A DNA stretch of 64,000 nucleotides, taken from positions 15,470-79,469 of the forward strand of contig LCEX01000003.1 of assembly GCA_000995415.1 (NCBI GenBank), in the 5' to 3' direction. The stretch is from Candidatus Gottesmanbacteria bacterium GW2011_GWC1_43_10. GTDB lineage: Bacteria > Patescibacteriota > Microgenomatia > UBA10105. Made by a program: the position numbers and the translations under genes. Positions 56,343 through 64,000 of this stretch are shown one piece after another. Positions within the stretch are counted from its first letter, which is position 1; each line of letters opens with the position of its first letter. Under the pieces are notes generated by a model. That model worked only from the letters and a program-made list of their open reading frames with translations. It had not been told where the DNA came from and ran no database searches.

Positions 56343-57382
56343 TATTCATTCCGGCAATTCTCCTTAATTCACTGGGTTTGGTGACACTTTTATCCCGTGA
56401 TCCTGTCCTCTTTTATCAGCAGGCAATATTTACGGCCGTCGGACTTGGCTTGTTTTGGTTGTTTTACCATATTGATTTTGAACTGTATCAGTATCTCTAC
56501 AAATTTTTTTACGTGGGAGCAATTTTATTTTTGCTTATGGCTTTTTTAGGGCCCAATGTCCGTGGTGCTACCCGATGGATAGACCTAGGAGGATTTCGGA
56601 TTCAGCCGTCGGAAATCATTAAGCCATTTTTTCTCATCACTCTTGCTAGTCTGTTGGTGCGGTATCCGCCAACAAAGATCAAGTTTATTCTCTATCATTT
56701 GGGACTTTTTGGGCTGCCGTTTTTGATCATATATAAACAACCTGATTTGGGAAACGCGATTGTCTATGCTGGGATGTGGTTATTTTCTGTAGTGTTAGCT
56801 GGGATGCCGGTGTGGTTTCTGGTTTTAGGTGGGGGAGTTTTAGGTGGATTGTTGCCTTTTGGTTATAGATTGTTGCACGAATACCAAAGACAGCGCATCT
56901 TGACTTTTCTTAATCCGCTTTCAGATCCACGGGGAACTGGTTACAATGCAATCCAAGCGATGATCGCAGTCGGATCAGGCCAATGGTTTGGCCGCGGTTT
57001 TGGTAAGGGAACGCAATCACTCCTGAATTTTCTGCCCGAGCAACATACGGATTTCATTTTCGCCGCGTTTAGCGAAGAATTCGGCTTTATAGGAGCTCTG
57101 GTTTTACTTGCGATTTTCTTTATATTTTTGTGGAAAGTTTTGCGACTCACAAATCTGCGACAGGATCGCCAGCTGGCCTTTTTGTATAGTGCCGGTTTTT
57201 TTACCCAACTGTTTATTCATGTAATTATAAATGTGGGTATGAACCTGGGTTTGGTGCCGATCACCGGGATCACCTTGCCGTTTATTTCTTACGGTGGCAG
57301 CTCTTTGATTTCACTCTGGATCGGTTTGGGGATCTTGTTTAGCGCTGATTTTGAGCCTCACCAGGCGGCAAGTAGGGGTTGA
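56309..57382 (+). CDS. rodA: SEDS-family protein RodA-like (second SEDS copy)
   Basis: Multi-TM protein with SEDS motifs (GATRWIDLGGFRIQPSEIIKP, PEQHTDFIFAAFSEEFG, ITGITLPFISYGGSSL). It overlaps the ileS 3' end, so the start is possibly further downstream. Confidence 0.8.
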   Translation: MGRQTRTFAWLVFIPAILLNSLGLVTLLSRDPVLFYQQAIFTAVGLGLFWLFYHIDFELYQYLYKFFYVGAILFLLMAFLGPNVRGATRWIDLGGFRIQPSEIIKPFFLITLASLLVRYPPTKIKFILYHLGLFGLPFLIIYKQPDLGNAIVYAGMWLFSVVLAGMPVWFLVLGGGVLGGLLPFGYRLLHEYQRQRILTFLNPLSDPRGTGYNAIQAMIAVGSGQWFGRGFGKGTQSLLNFLPEQHTDFIFAAFSEEFGFIGALVLLAIFFIFLWKVLRLTNLRQDRQLAFLYSAGFFTQLFIHVIINVGMNLGLVPITGITLPFISYGGSSLISLWIGLGILFSADFEPHQAASRG

Positions 57383-57454
57383 ACCCTTGTAATCAAGGCC
57401 AATTTTTGTTAAAATGGAGGTAAGATTTTAGGCCTAACAAAGAGTTAAACCTAT

Positions 57455-57814
57455 ATGTACGCAGTTGTTAAAATTGGTGGTAACCAATATAAAGTCACTC
57501 CCAAAGACACGCTTCAGGTCGATCACCTGGCGGGTAATGTCGGCGATACAGTCAAATTCCCGGCACTTCTGGTAGCGGACGGAGACAGAGTTGAAGTTGG
57601 CAAGGAAGCGTTTACGACAGAAGTGGTGATGAAGATTTTGAGCCATTTGCGGGGAGAAAAGATTGATGTGCACCGTTTTCGAGCCAAATCCCGGACGCGG
57701 CGTCATGTAGGTTTTCGTGCGAGCCTCACCAATCTTGAGGTCCAGAGTATCGGCCAACCTCAAGCTAAACCCAAAAAGGCCAAAGCTGTTTCTTCCAAAA
57801 CCTCACACCCATAA
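57455..57814 (+). CDS. rplU: 50S ribosomal protein L21 (with C-terminal basic extension)
   Basis: MYAVVKIGGNQYKV... Confidence 0.9.
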   Translation: MYAVVKIGGNQYKVTPKDTLQVDHLAGNVGDTVKFPALLVADGDRVEVGKEAFTTEVVMKILSHLRGEKIDVHRFRAKSRTRRHVGFRASLTNLEVQSIGQPQAKPKKAKAVSSKTSHP

Positions 57815-57823
57815 AAACATGGC

Positions 57824-59005
57824 ATGAAGACATACATCTTTCTACTTGGTCAAGCTCGAGAACTGTGTTTGGCAGAGTTGACAGAGGTGCTTAAATTCTT
57901 CCGTTTGGGACATCCTTCTGTTTCGGGTAATTTAGCTTTTGTCCAATCCGCATCGTCACTTGAGTGCGACCAATTGCAATCGCTTCTCGGAGGCACGATC
58001 AAAATTGCCGAGATTAGGGGGAAAATCCCGGACTTGACAGCCGAGTCGATAGTCGAATTCATGGATGTGGGCGAAAAGACTAGTTATACTTTTAGTCTGA
58101 GTGTTTATTCACCCGAGCCAAAGATAGATGAGTCCTTACACGGCGAAGTTAAAGCATTGCTCACGCCAAAATTCAGTTCTGTTCGTTATGTTTTGCCCAA
58201 AAACGACACTTTATCTAGTGTGGTCGTGACTAAACAACGCGTGGATGAGTATTTACTGGTATTTGATTCTAAGGAAAAAGTTTGGTTGATAGCTAAAACC
58301 GTTTCTGTGCAAAATGTGGAATCCTGGAGTAAGCGTGATTTTGGTCGGCCGTTTGCCGATCCAAAAGCGGGGATGTTACCACCAAAAGTAGCGCGGATGA
58401 TGGTCAACTTAGCTTTGCCTGAATCGCCGGGTGCCACGAAATCATTACTCGATCCGTTTTGCGGAATGGGGACGATTTTGGCCGAAGGTTCAGTTTCCGG
58501 CTGGCAGGTCGTTGGGAGTGACCAGTCTGCGGTAGTAGTTGAGAAAGCTCGGAAAAACCTTGACTGGTTGGTTAGCGAGTTTGATCTTAAACTAACTGAT
58601 TTCAAATTGTATGTGGCTGATGCGACTCATGTCTCAAAGCAACTTTCCGGAGTGACAGTTTCTGCCATCGTGACTGAACCTTTTTTAGGCGCGCCTTTTG
58701 AACTGCGGGCTGGCCGACTCACCCAAAAGGGTCGTCCCGCATCGACTGAATCTATAGAAAATACCTTAAAAGGCTTACAAAAACTGTATTTGGGTGCCTT
58801 GAAAGATTGGACCAAAATTTTGGCCAAAAACGGCAAGGTGGTGATGGTTTGGCCCGAAATCAACTTCAACCAACGCCAATATCCCGTGAAAAAATTGGTT
58901 GACAGCTGTGAAAAACTAGGTTATACTCTCACCCAAGGTCCGTATACGTATGGCAGACCGCAGGCGGTGGTAAAAAGGAAGATCTACGTATTTAAAAAAA
59001 TTTAA
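57824..59005 (+). CDS. putative RNA (guanine-N2)-methyltransferase-like protein (class I SAM MTase with N-terminal THUMP-like region)
   Basis: MLPPKVARMMVNLA...LLDPFCGMGTILAEG matches the Trm11/RlmL-type motif I (DPFCGSGT). 393 aa. Confidence 0.55.
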   Translation: MKTYIFLLGQARELCLAELTEVLKFFRLGHPSVSGNLAFVQSASSLECDQLQSLLGGTIKIAEIRGKIPDLTAESIVEFMDVGEKTSYTFSLSVYSPEPKIDESLHGEVKALLTPKFSSVRYVLPKNDTLSSVVVTKQRVDEYLLVFDSKEKVWLIAKTVSVQNVESWSKRDFGRPFADPKAGMLPPKVARMMVNLALPESPGATKSLLDPFCGMGTILAEGSVSGWQVVGSDQSAVVVEKARKNLDWLVSEFDLKLTDFKLYVADATHVSKQLSGVTVSAIVTEPFLGAPFELRAGRLTQKGRPASTESIENTLKGLQKLYLGALKDWTKILAKNGKVVMVWPEINFNQRQYPVKKLVDSCEKLGYTLTQGPYTYGRPQAVVKRKIYVFKKI

Positions 59006-59077
59006 AGTTTAAAAATCAAAATGTAAAATTAGGGAAATTTTTTCAAAATTTTTCATTTTGATCTTTGCATTTGTTTT

Positions 59078-59326
59078 ATGGCCCATATCAAAACTGCCGG
59101 TACAACCAAAGGCAACCGTGATTCCCGTGGCAAACGCTTAGGGATCAAGCTTTATGGCGGAGAAAAAGCCAGTGTCGGAAATATCGTGGTTCGTCAAAAA
59201 GGCACCAAAGTCCATCCTGGTCTGGGGACTTCGATGGGCAAAGATTTTACTATTTTCGCTCTGACTTCAGGGCTAGTCAAATTTTCAACCAGAATGGGTA
59301 AAAAAATAGTTTCAGTGGTGAGTTAA
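59078..59326 (+). CDS. rpmA: 50S ribosomal protein L27
   Basis: MAHIKTAGTTKGNRDSRGKRLGIKLYGGE...VRQKGTKVHPG. Confidence 0.9.
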   Translation: MAHIKTAGTTKGNRDSRGKRLGIKLYGGEKASVGNIVVRQKGTKVHPGLGTSMGKDFTIFALTSGLVKFSTRMGKKIVSVVS

Positions 59327-60136
59327 ATGGCAAATTCAAGTCAAATCGTCGATCTGGATATTGAAGTACTACAACCCAATCCGTTACAACCCCGGAGCCT
59401 GATTTCGGCTGATTCCCTCAAGGATCTCATGTCTTCGATCAAAGCAAGCGGGATTTTGGAGCCGTTGGTGGTAGCCAAGACTCCAGCCGGATATCAAATT
59501 ATCGCTGGCGAGAGGAGATGGCGCGCAGCCAAACTGGCTGGTATGACTACGGTGCCAGTGATCATCAAAGAAACCACGGCACGGGAAATGCTCGAGATGG
59601 CGATTGTCGAAAACGTCCAGCGGGAGGACTTAAATCCGATAGAACGGGCCCAAGCTTTTGAAAGGTTGATTGAAGAGTTTGGTTTGCCGGTATCAGAAAT
59701 CGCCAAACGCATCGGCAAAAGCGATTCATATGTGTCTAATACTTTGCGTCTTCTGACTTTGCCGGATGCGATCAAAGATGGGTTGATGTCGGGCGCGATC
59801 ACCGAGGGCCATGCCCGGGCGATTGCCGGATTGGGTGATGTGAAACTGATGGTTGATGCTTACAAAACGATTTTATCGGAAAATGCTTCAGTCAGGCGGG
59901 CGGAAGATTTAGCCAGAAGGCTCAAATCGGAAGCAGCCAAAAAAATACATTCGCGGGTAGAACGGATTCACAATGAGGAACTGGACAAAATCGCCTCAGA
60001 TCTAGCCCAGGCTGTCGAGGGTTTGGTTAAGATCACCCAATCAAAAGTAGAAGCCCGAGTGATACTTGTGATTCGGGGCAATTTGGAAAAAACTTCAAAA
60101 ATTATTAAAGAACTTCACCAAAAGGTTGCGGTTTGA
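59327..60136 (+). CDS. parB: ParB/Spo0J-like partition/nucleoid-occlusion protein
   Basis: ParB N-domain GILEPLVVAKTPAGYQIIAGERRWRAAKLAG with GERR. HTH SEIAKRIGKSDSYVSNTLRLL. Confidence 0.8.
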   Translation: MANSSQIVDLDIEVLQPNPLQPRSLISADSLKDLMSSIKASGILEPLVVAKTPAGYQIIAGERRWRAAKLAGMTTVPVIIKETTAREMLEMAIVENVQREDLNPIERAQAFERLIEEFGLPVSEIAKRIGKSDSYVSNTLRLLTLPDAIKDGLMSGAITEGHARAIAGLGDVKLMVDAYKTILSENASVRRAEDLARRLKSEAAKKIHSRVERIHNEELDKIASDLAQAVEGLVKITQSKVEARVILVIRGNLEKTSKIIKELHQKVAV

Positions 60137-60145
60137 GTCCTTCCC

Positions 60146-60769
60146 CTAATCAACGGACGGATATTTGATCCTGTCAATTAGCCCAAAGCGATTGAATGGC
60201 CAATACCGGAGTTGTGAGCGGCCGATGATAGAGGAACGGGGAATCGGGCCCCATTCGCGCGAGTCGCTACTTCGTGGCCGATTATCTCCCGAGACAAAAT
60301 AATAATCATCTGGGATGACGATCTCGACTCCTTCTTTGAGATAAGCCCCATTGTAGGTATACAGTTCCGGAGCAATATAAGGTTCCTGAAGTTCGACGCC
60401 ATTTATATAATAGTGATTATTGACCAATTTGAGTTTTTCTCCGGGTAGGCCGATGATTCGTTTGATATAATCTATTTCCGGATTTTGAGGTGACTTAAAC
60501 ACAATCACATCACCACGCTTGGGGTCGCCGAAGCGGTATTCGAATTTGTTGGTCAGAATATACTCTTTATCATGAAAATTGGGTTCCATCGAAGCTCCCT
60601 TTACTTGGTGTGGTTGGTACAAAAATAGATAGAAGACGACGAAGATAGCCAGAGCCACGACCACGGATTCAAGGATGTCAAAAAAGAAGTTAAATATGCG
60701 CCGGATCAAACTTATCATAAAAAAGCAAGCTCTGCCTCTTCGGTAGGTCGCCAATGAGGCAACCTCCAA
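60146..60769 (-). CDS. lepB: signal peptidase I (LepB)
   Basis: N-terminal TM, catalytic-Ser box GASMEPNF, Lys box YIKRIIGLPGEKL, GDNRPRSSDSR box. Confidence 0.9.
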   Translation of the reverse strand: MEVASLATYRRGRACFFMISLIRRIFNFFFDILESVVVALAIFVVFYLFLYQPHQVKGASMEPNFHDKEYILTNKFEYRFGDPKRGDVIVFKSPQNPEIDYIKRIIGLPGEKLKLVNNHYYINGVELQEPYIAPELYTYNGAYLKEGVEIVIPDDYYFVSGDNRPRSSDSREWGPIPRSSIIGRSQLRYWPFNRFGLIDRIKYPSVD

Positions 60770-60847
60770 CTAAAAAAAGCGAGGGCAATCGCCTATAAAT
60801 TGAGTATAACCAAGTGGTATAATATACGCAAGTTTCAACCCCAATTT

Positions 60848-60881
60848 CCTCTCCTTTTAAGGAGAGGAGTAAGGTGAGGTT
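60848..60881. repeat. family D hairpin element (cctctcc-ttttaa-ggagagg agtaaggtgaggtt) upstream of tRNA-Val
   Basis: It is the reverse complement of the 17519-17554 copy. Confidence 0.7.
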
Positions 60882-60894
60882 GAAAATCAAGAGC

Positions 60895-60968
60895 GGGCGC
60901 ATAGCTCAGTTGGCTAGAGCGTTGCATTCACATTGCAAAGGCCCATGGTTCAAATCCATGTGCGCCCA
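60895..60968 (+). tRNA. tRNA-Val (anticodon CAC)
   Basis: Cloverleaf folded by hand. Acceptor GGGCGCA/TGCGCCC, D-arm GCTC-AGTTGGCTA-GAGC, anticodon stem TTGCA/TGCAA with loop TTCACAT, T-arm CATGG-TTCAAAT-CCATG, discriminator A. CCA not encoded. Confidence 0.85.
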
Positions 60969-60993
60969 CACTTTAGAAATTTAGAAAACAAAG

Positions 60994-61356
60994 ATGAGTA
61001 ACGAAGGCAGTTTAAAGGCGCGAAAGAGTCCAAAATTTCCTGAATCAGGAATAGGAATAAGATTGCCAATTGATGCAGTTATATTGGATAATAATTTATT
61101 TGCTACTGGCAGATCAAATCCTGATTGGGATTTGGACGGTAGATTAGTAGGATATAAATGCAGTATGTGTCCACTCGCGAATTGGTCTGTTCCTGCTTCC
61201 GACAACTCGGCTCAAGCATGGAGTGCCCTACAGGCACACGTTCGTGAAAAACACAAGTTATGGGGTCAGAAGCCTGAAGGTCTCCGACCTACTTTGTATC
61301 GAGTCTATATGATATTTCCGGGTTTGGCCAAGCCAGATCCTGCAAGTAAATATTGA
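60994..61356 (+). CDS. hypothetical protein
   Basis: 120-aa ORF. No recognised family. Contains a CSMC pair. Confidence 0.35.
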   Translation: MSNEGSLKARKSPKFPESGIGIRLPIDAVILDNNLFATGRSNPDWDLDGRLVGYKCSMCPLANWSVPASDNSAQAWSALQAHVREKHKLWGQKPEGLRPTLYRVYMIFPGLAKPDPASKY

Positions 61357-61444
61357 TATTATTTACTTTTTGGTTAAAACACTGTAAACGCCGGGACCAA
61401 CAATTTAATTGATTTTTTGTTGACGAACGACTACGCTATTATGC

Positions 61445-62254
61445 ATGGAACCTGTTTCTGCCGATTTGCCAAATCCAAGTTCATCTACTCTACCGCCAAC
61501 TTTACCAGAATTAACTAATCGTTCTCGACATCCAAAGAAAAGATTAGCCATATTACTCCTCATATTTTTCGGATTAATGATTTCATCTGTAGCTGGATTT
61601 TTATATTTGGAAAGCCCAGACCGCGCTCAAAAAAGATTACTACTTAACGCCCAAGAGTGGAGAAATAAATTCACCACACCATCAGTTCAGCCAGTTTACT
61701 TCGCCCCATCACCTTTAACTAACGATAAATTGATAAGTCCGTCAGTCAGCTCGTCTCCAACTTTGACTCCAGAAGCAACTACACTTATCGATTTACCCTT
61801 TTTATTTCCAGAATTATCTTGGATAAAAATCGTGGGTAATAATTTTGAAGATATTAATAAACTTTACGTGACATCTGACGACTACACCCTTTTTTCGGAA
61901 GAAGTTGGTTTAAAGAGTCAAGGTTGGGTAGCTAAAAAAGAAAACTTAAGCGAAAAGGAGTTGTTAGATGTTTCTGAAAAATTTAGATTGTTTTATGGGT
62001 CAGAATTTGAAAAACTAAATTGGAAGTGGCAGGCATCAATACCCAATTATAAATTTATGACAATCGTTGCTGACGGTCCAAATGGAAGTGCTTGGGGTCT
62101 TATTGGTGTAAGGGAAAATAATTTAAGAGTGATTACTCTGAGTGAATCCAGAAGTGGAATTGGGTTTGAGAACTGTCCATGCGCGATCACTTTTGAAGTG
62201 TACTTGAGCGAGATATATCCCATTGCGAAAGTAATTTCATCTGTTGAAAAGTAA
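61445..62254 (+). CDS. hypothetical membrane-anchored exported protein
   Basis: Pro/Ser-rich N-tail, TM LAILLLIFFGLMISSVAGFLYL, then a Ser/Thr/Pro-rich linker and a globular domain. Confidence 0.4.
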   Translation: MEPVSADLPNPSSSTLPPTLPELTNRSRHPKKRLAILLLIFFGLMISSVAGFLYLESPDRAQKRLLLNAQEWRNKFTTPSVQPVYFAPSPLTNDKLISPSVSSSPTLTPEATTLIDLPFLFPELSWIKIVGNNFEDINKLYVTSDDYTLFSEEVGLKSQGWVAKKENLSEKELLDVSEKFRLFYGSEFEKLNWKWQASIPNYKFMTIVADGPNGSAWGLIGVRENNLRVITLSESRSGIGFENCPCAITFEVYLSEIYPIAKVISSVEK

Positions 62255-62260
62255 TATATA

Positions 62261-62286
62261 CCCACACCCGGTGTGGGTTAGCTTCA
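62261..62286 (+). repeat. family C element copy 3 (cccacacccggtgtgggttagcttca)
   Basis: Seen directly. It is followed by a T-rich tract and lies at a convergent gene junction. Confidence 0.75.
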
Positions 62287-62321
62287 TTAGGTATTTTTTA
62301 CGCCGATAATTTACTGAAATT

Positions 62322-62612
62322 CTAGAGTGTTTCTTGAAGAGATTGAAGATCACCAGTTAATAAGTTGTATCCCTCTTCAGTAATCGTTTTTCCTTTAAGG
62401 AGTTTTAGTTCTGTTAGCATGGCTTTCAAAGCCATTTTTGCCAATTGCTTGCGATTTGCATTATAAAGTTTTTCAGCTGCATTAGCCTCAGCTAAAAGAG
62501 TTCTGTATGTAGGTTGATTTGTGATCCACCCCAGTTCATGCGCGTTGGTAACATCTGCTTGCAAAGAATCAAATGTAACCAATGGTTTGATTTCTGAACT
62601 ACCAGTTGCTTT
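62322..62612 (-). pseudogene. C-terminal continuation of the BNR/C39 protein in a different frame (frameshift at A7/T7 tract 62610-62616)
   Basis: The frame-C peptide KKATGSSEIKPLVTFDSLQADVTNAHELGWITNQPTYRTLLAEANAAEKLYNANRKQLAKMALKAMLTELKLLKGK... is protein-like. The tail of the 442-aa frame (QLVVQKSNHWLHLILCKQMLPTRMNWGG) is not. Inserting one A in gaaaaaaag fuses the frames. Confidence 0.5.
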
Positions 62613-64000
62613 TTTTCACCGGATTGATTATATATGTAAGAATCAAGTCGGTATGGTTGGTTATCTGGAGAGGAAATATAGAGTGTATAATTTCCTTGAG
62701 GAGGATGTTTGAAATAGAGAACTTTAAGCGTTTCTTCCTCTGGTGGAGTTTGAGAAATTTGATTAAAATATGGTTCTTCAATTTCTACCTGGCCCACGGA
62801 TTCATTATTTGAATTAAGAAGTTGTATATCTACTGTATTATCAACTACCAAGATGAGATATGAAAAGTCACTATTTGTGACTTCAAATTTATCAACACGG
62901 ATTGGTGACTGATAGTGCGGACTTAAAGTCGTCCGATCAGCATGTGCCGGATCTAAAATGTTATACGTACTTTCAGCTGAACCGGTCGCGACAACAAAGT
63001 GTAAACCGCTGGTACTTGGAGAATAATCAAGTTTAAGTATGGGTTTTCTTCCCGCGTTTAGTTCTTCATCGATATCTGATAAATTGGTGCTTTGACTATA
63101 CTCAAGTTTGGGACTCGTTGGGTCAAGTTCATTGGATTTTATAGTCATATTGGCAATACTTGCAAAATTAGTATTACCATTTCTAAAACTACCATCATTT
63201 ACACTTATTAACCATTCGTTTAGCGAGCCTGGGTCTAAATCTTTGGGAGGAAGCCCTGTATCGGGATTTCCGGGAGTTTTGGTGATATTGAAATACTTCA
63301 AAACCATGGCTGCAGAAGTTAGGGCGCAAGCTTTATCAGCCATCGTCGCATCCATATGATCATAAGTATTTCCACCCCAAAGCGGGTCTGATTGGGAAAA
63401 ATAAGGGATGGGCGCAGTCTCTTCCGCCAATCCTACGCGCCAGACACTTCCAGTGTCCAGACCTGCATAATACAATCTTAATTTATTGGCAACCCTTATT
63501 ACATCTGGGGCTGCAATCATATTTTGGTCAAATGCCGCAAACCCTCCTCGACCAAGGACATAGTTTGCATCTTTAGTCCAGTTAATTCCGTCAGTCGATG
63601 TCGCGTGACCAATATAATAAGGTACTATTGGACCAGCATGGTAGTATATGTGATAGTTTTGTCCGTCAAAATATACTGATGGAGCTCCAACAGATGTTCC
63701 TTCCCAAGACAAAGAAGTTTGTAGCACTGGATTTAGAAGTCTATTCCAATTTATTCCATCAGTCGATGAGGCATAACCAATTTTTCCTACACCCACACTG
63801 TCTCGCGTTCCGTACCACATTTTGTATTCTCCGTTGACATAAAGAACTGTAGGGCTTAATACTCCTTCGGATTCCCACCCAACCCCATCCCTTCTTCGGA
63901 GAACATAGCCTTGTCTTGTCCAGTTAGTGCCATCGTTTGAAGTAGCATATTTAATTCGAAAAGTTTCACTGCCGGGGCCAGTATATTGAGCTGTTGATAA
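62492..64000 (-). CDS. BNR/Asp-box repeat beta-propeller + papain-like (C39-like) peptidase domain protein, N-terminus beyond the window end. The reading frame breaks at a poly-A tract.
   Basis: Three Asp-box motifs S-x-D-G-x-N-W (ATSNDGTNW, ASSTDGINW, ATSTDGINW). C39_2-like Q...C...H pattern (FSQSDPLWGG...CALTSAAMVLKYF...GLHFVVATG). The ORF continues in frame past 64000. Confidence 0.6.
   Translation of the reverse strand, partial: LSTAQYTGPGSETFRIKYATSNDGTNWTRQGYVLRRRDGVGWESEGVLSPTVLYVNGEYKMWYGTRDSVGVGKIGYASSTDGINWNRLLNPVLQTSLSWEGTSVGAPSVYFDGQNYHIYYHAGPIVPYYIGHATSTDGINWTKDANYVLGRGGFAAFDQNMIAAPDVIRVANKLRLYYAGLDTGSVWRVGLAEETAPIPYFSQSDPLWGGNTYDHMDATMADKACALTSAAMVLKYFNITKTPGNPDTGLPPKDLDPGSLNEWLISVNDGSFRNGNTNFASIANMTIKSNELDPTSPKLEYSQSTNLSDIDEELNAGRKPILKLDYSPSTSGLHFVVATGSAESTYNILDPAHADRTTLSPHYQSPIRVDKFEVTNSDFSYLILVVDNTVDIQLLNSNNESVGQVEIEEPYFNQISQTPPEEETLKVLYFKHPPQGNYTLYISSPDNQPYRLDSYIYNQSGEKKQLVVQKSNHWLHLILCKQMLPTRMNWGGSQINLHTELF

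Noticed and set aside
60800-60823. Candidate promoter for tRNA-Val (TTGAGT ... TATAAT)
   Set aside because: The -10 TATAAT at 60818-60823 is good, but the best -35 candidate gives only a 12-nt spacer, so no confident promoter call was made.
1-64000. CRISPR array
   Set aside because: The repeats found are dispersed palindromes or short tandem repeats, without regularly spaced direct repeats and unique spacers. No cas genes are present.
1-64000. Prophage, IS or integron
   Set aside because: No integrase, transposase, recombinase or phage structural genes were recognised. The repeat families lack transposase ORFs, so they are MITE/REP-like at most.
60994-64000. Impression that the last 3 kb is compositionally distinct (more AT-rich), possibly horizontally acquired
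   Set aside because: This was only an eyeball impression. No GC or codon statistics could be computed here.

Overview
The window looks like a Candidate Phyla Radiation/Patescibacteria-type chromosome segment. It is compact, with overlapping co-directional genes almost all on the + strand, many multi-TM and glycosyltransferase genes and small proteins. Lineage is inference only. Three blocks stand out. (1) 1-22.4 kb is a very large surface-glycan biosynthesis locus. It holds 7 GT4 and 3 GT2 glycosyltransferases and several multi-TM GT-C/PMT_2-like proteins, including a 1041-aa O-antigen-ligase-like/PMT_2 fusion. It also holds a Wzx-like flippase, a SAM methyltransferase, a hexapeptide acetyltransferase, MazG-like and GIY-YIG genes, a ManC-like nucleotidyltransferase, an initiating phosphoglycosyl transferase and a DUF4012-like exported protein. 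(2) recO is followed by glyQS, which sits behind a minimal glycine T-box leader. (3) 27.9-52.4 kb is an expanded dcw cell-wall/division cluster: mraZ-rsmH-ftsL-ftsI-murE-pgeF-murC-murB-murA-glmU-like-(membrane, hydrolase)-murF-(DegT aminotransferase, MBL hydrolase)-FemAB-like-dgkA-mraY-ftsW-murG-ftsQ-ftsA-ftsZ. After it come T-box-regulated ileS, a second SEDS gene (rodA-like), rplU, an RNA-methyltransferase-like gene, rpmA, parB-like, lepB (-), tRNA-Val(CAC), hypotheticals and a partial BNR-repeat/C39-like peptidase gene with a frameshift. Non-coding highlights: two T-box riboswitches with near-consensus sigma70 promoters. There are at least five families of short dispersed palindromic repeats (MITE/REP-like). 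One is inserted in-frame inside a GT4 gene, others sit in leaders, and some are read into artefactual N-terminal extensions. Three heptanucleotide tandem-repeat arrays lie inside coding regions (one in a GT2 gene, two in ileS). No CRISPR array, rRNA, transposase or integrase was seen.
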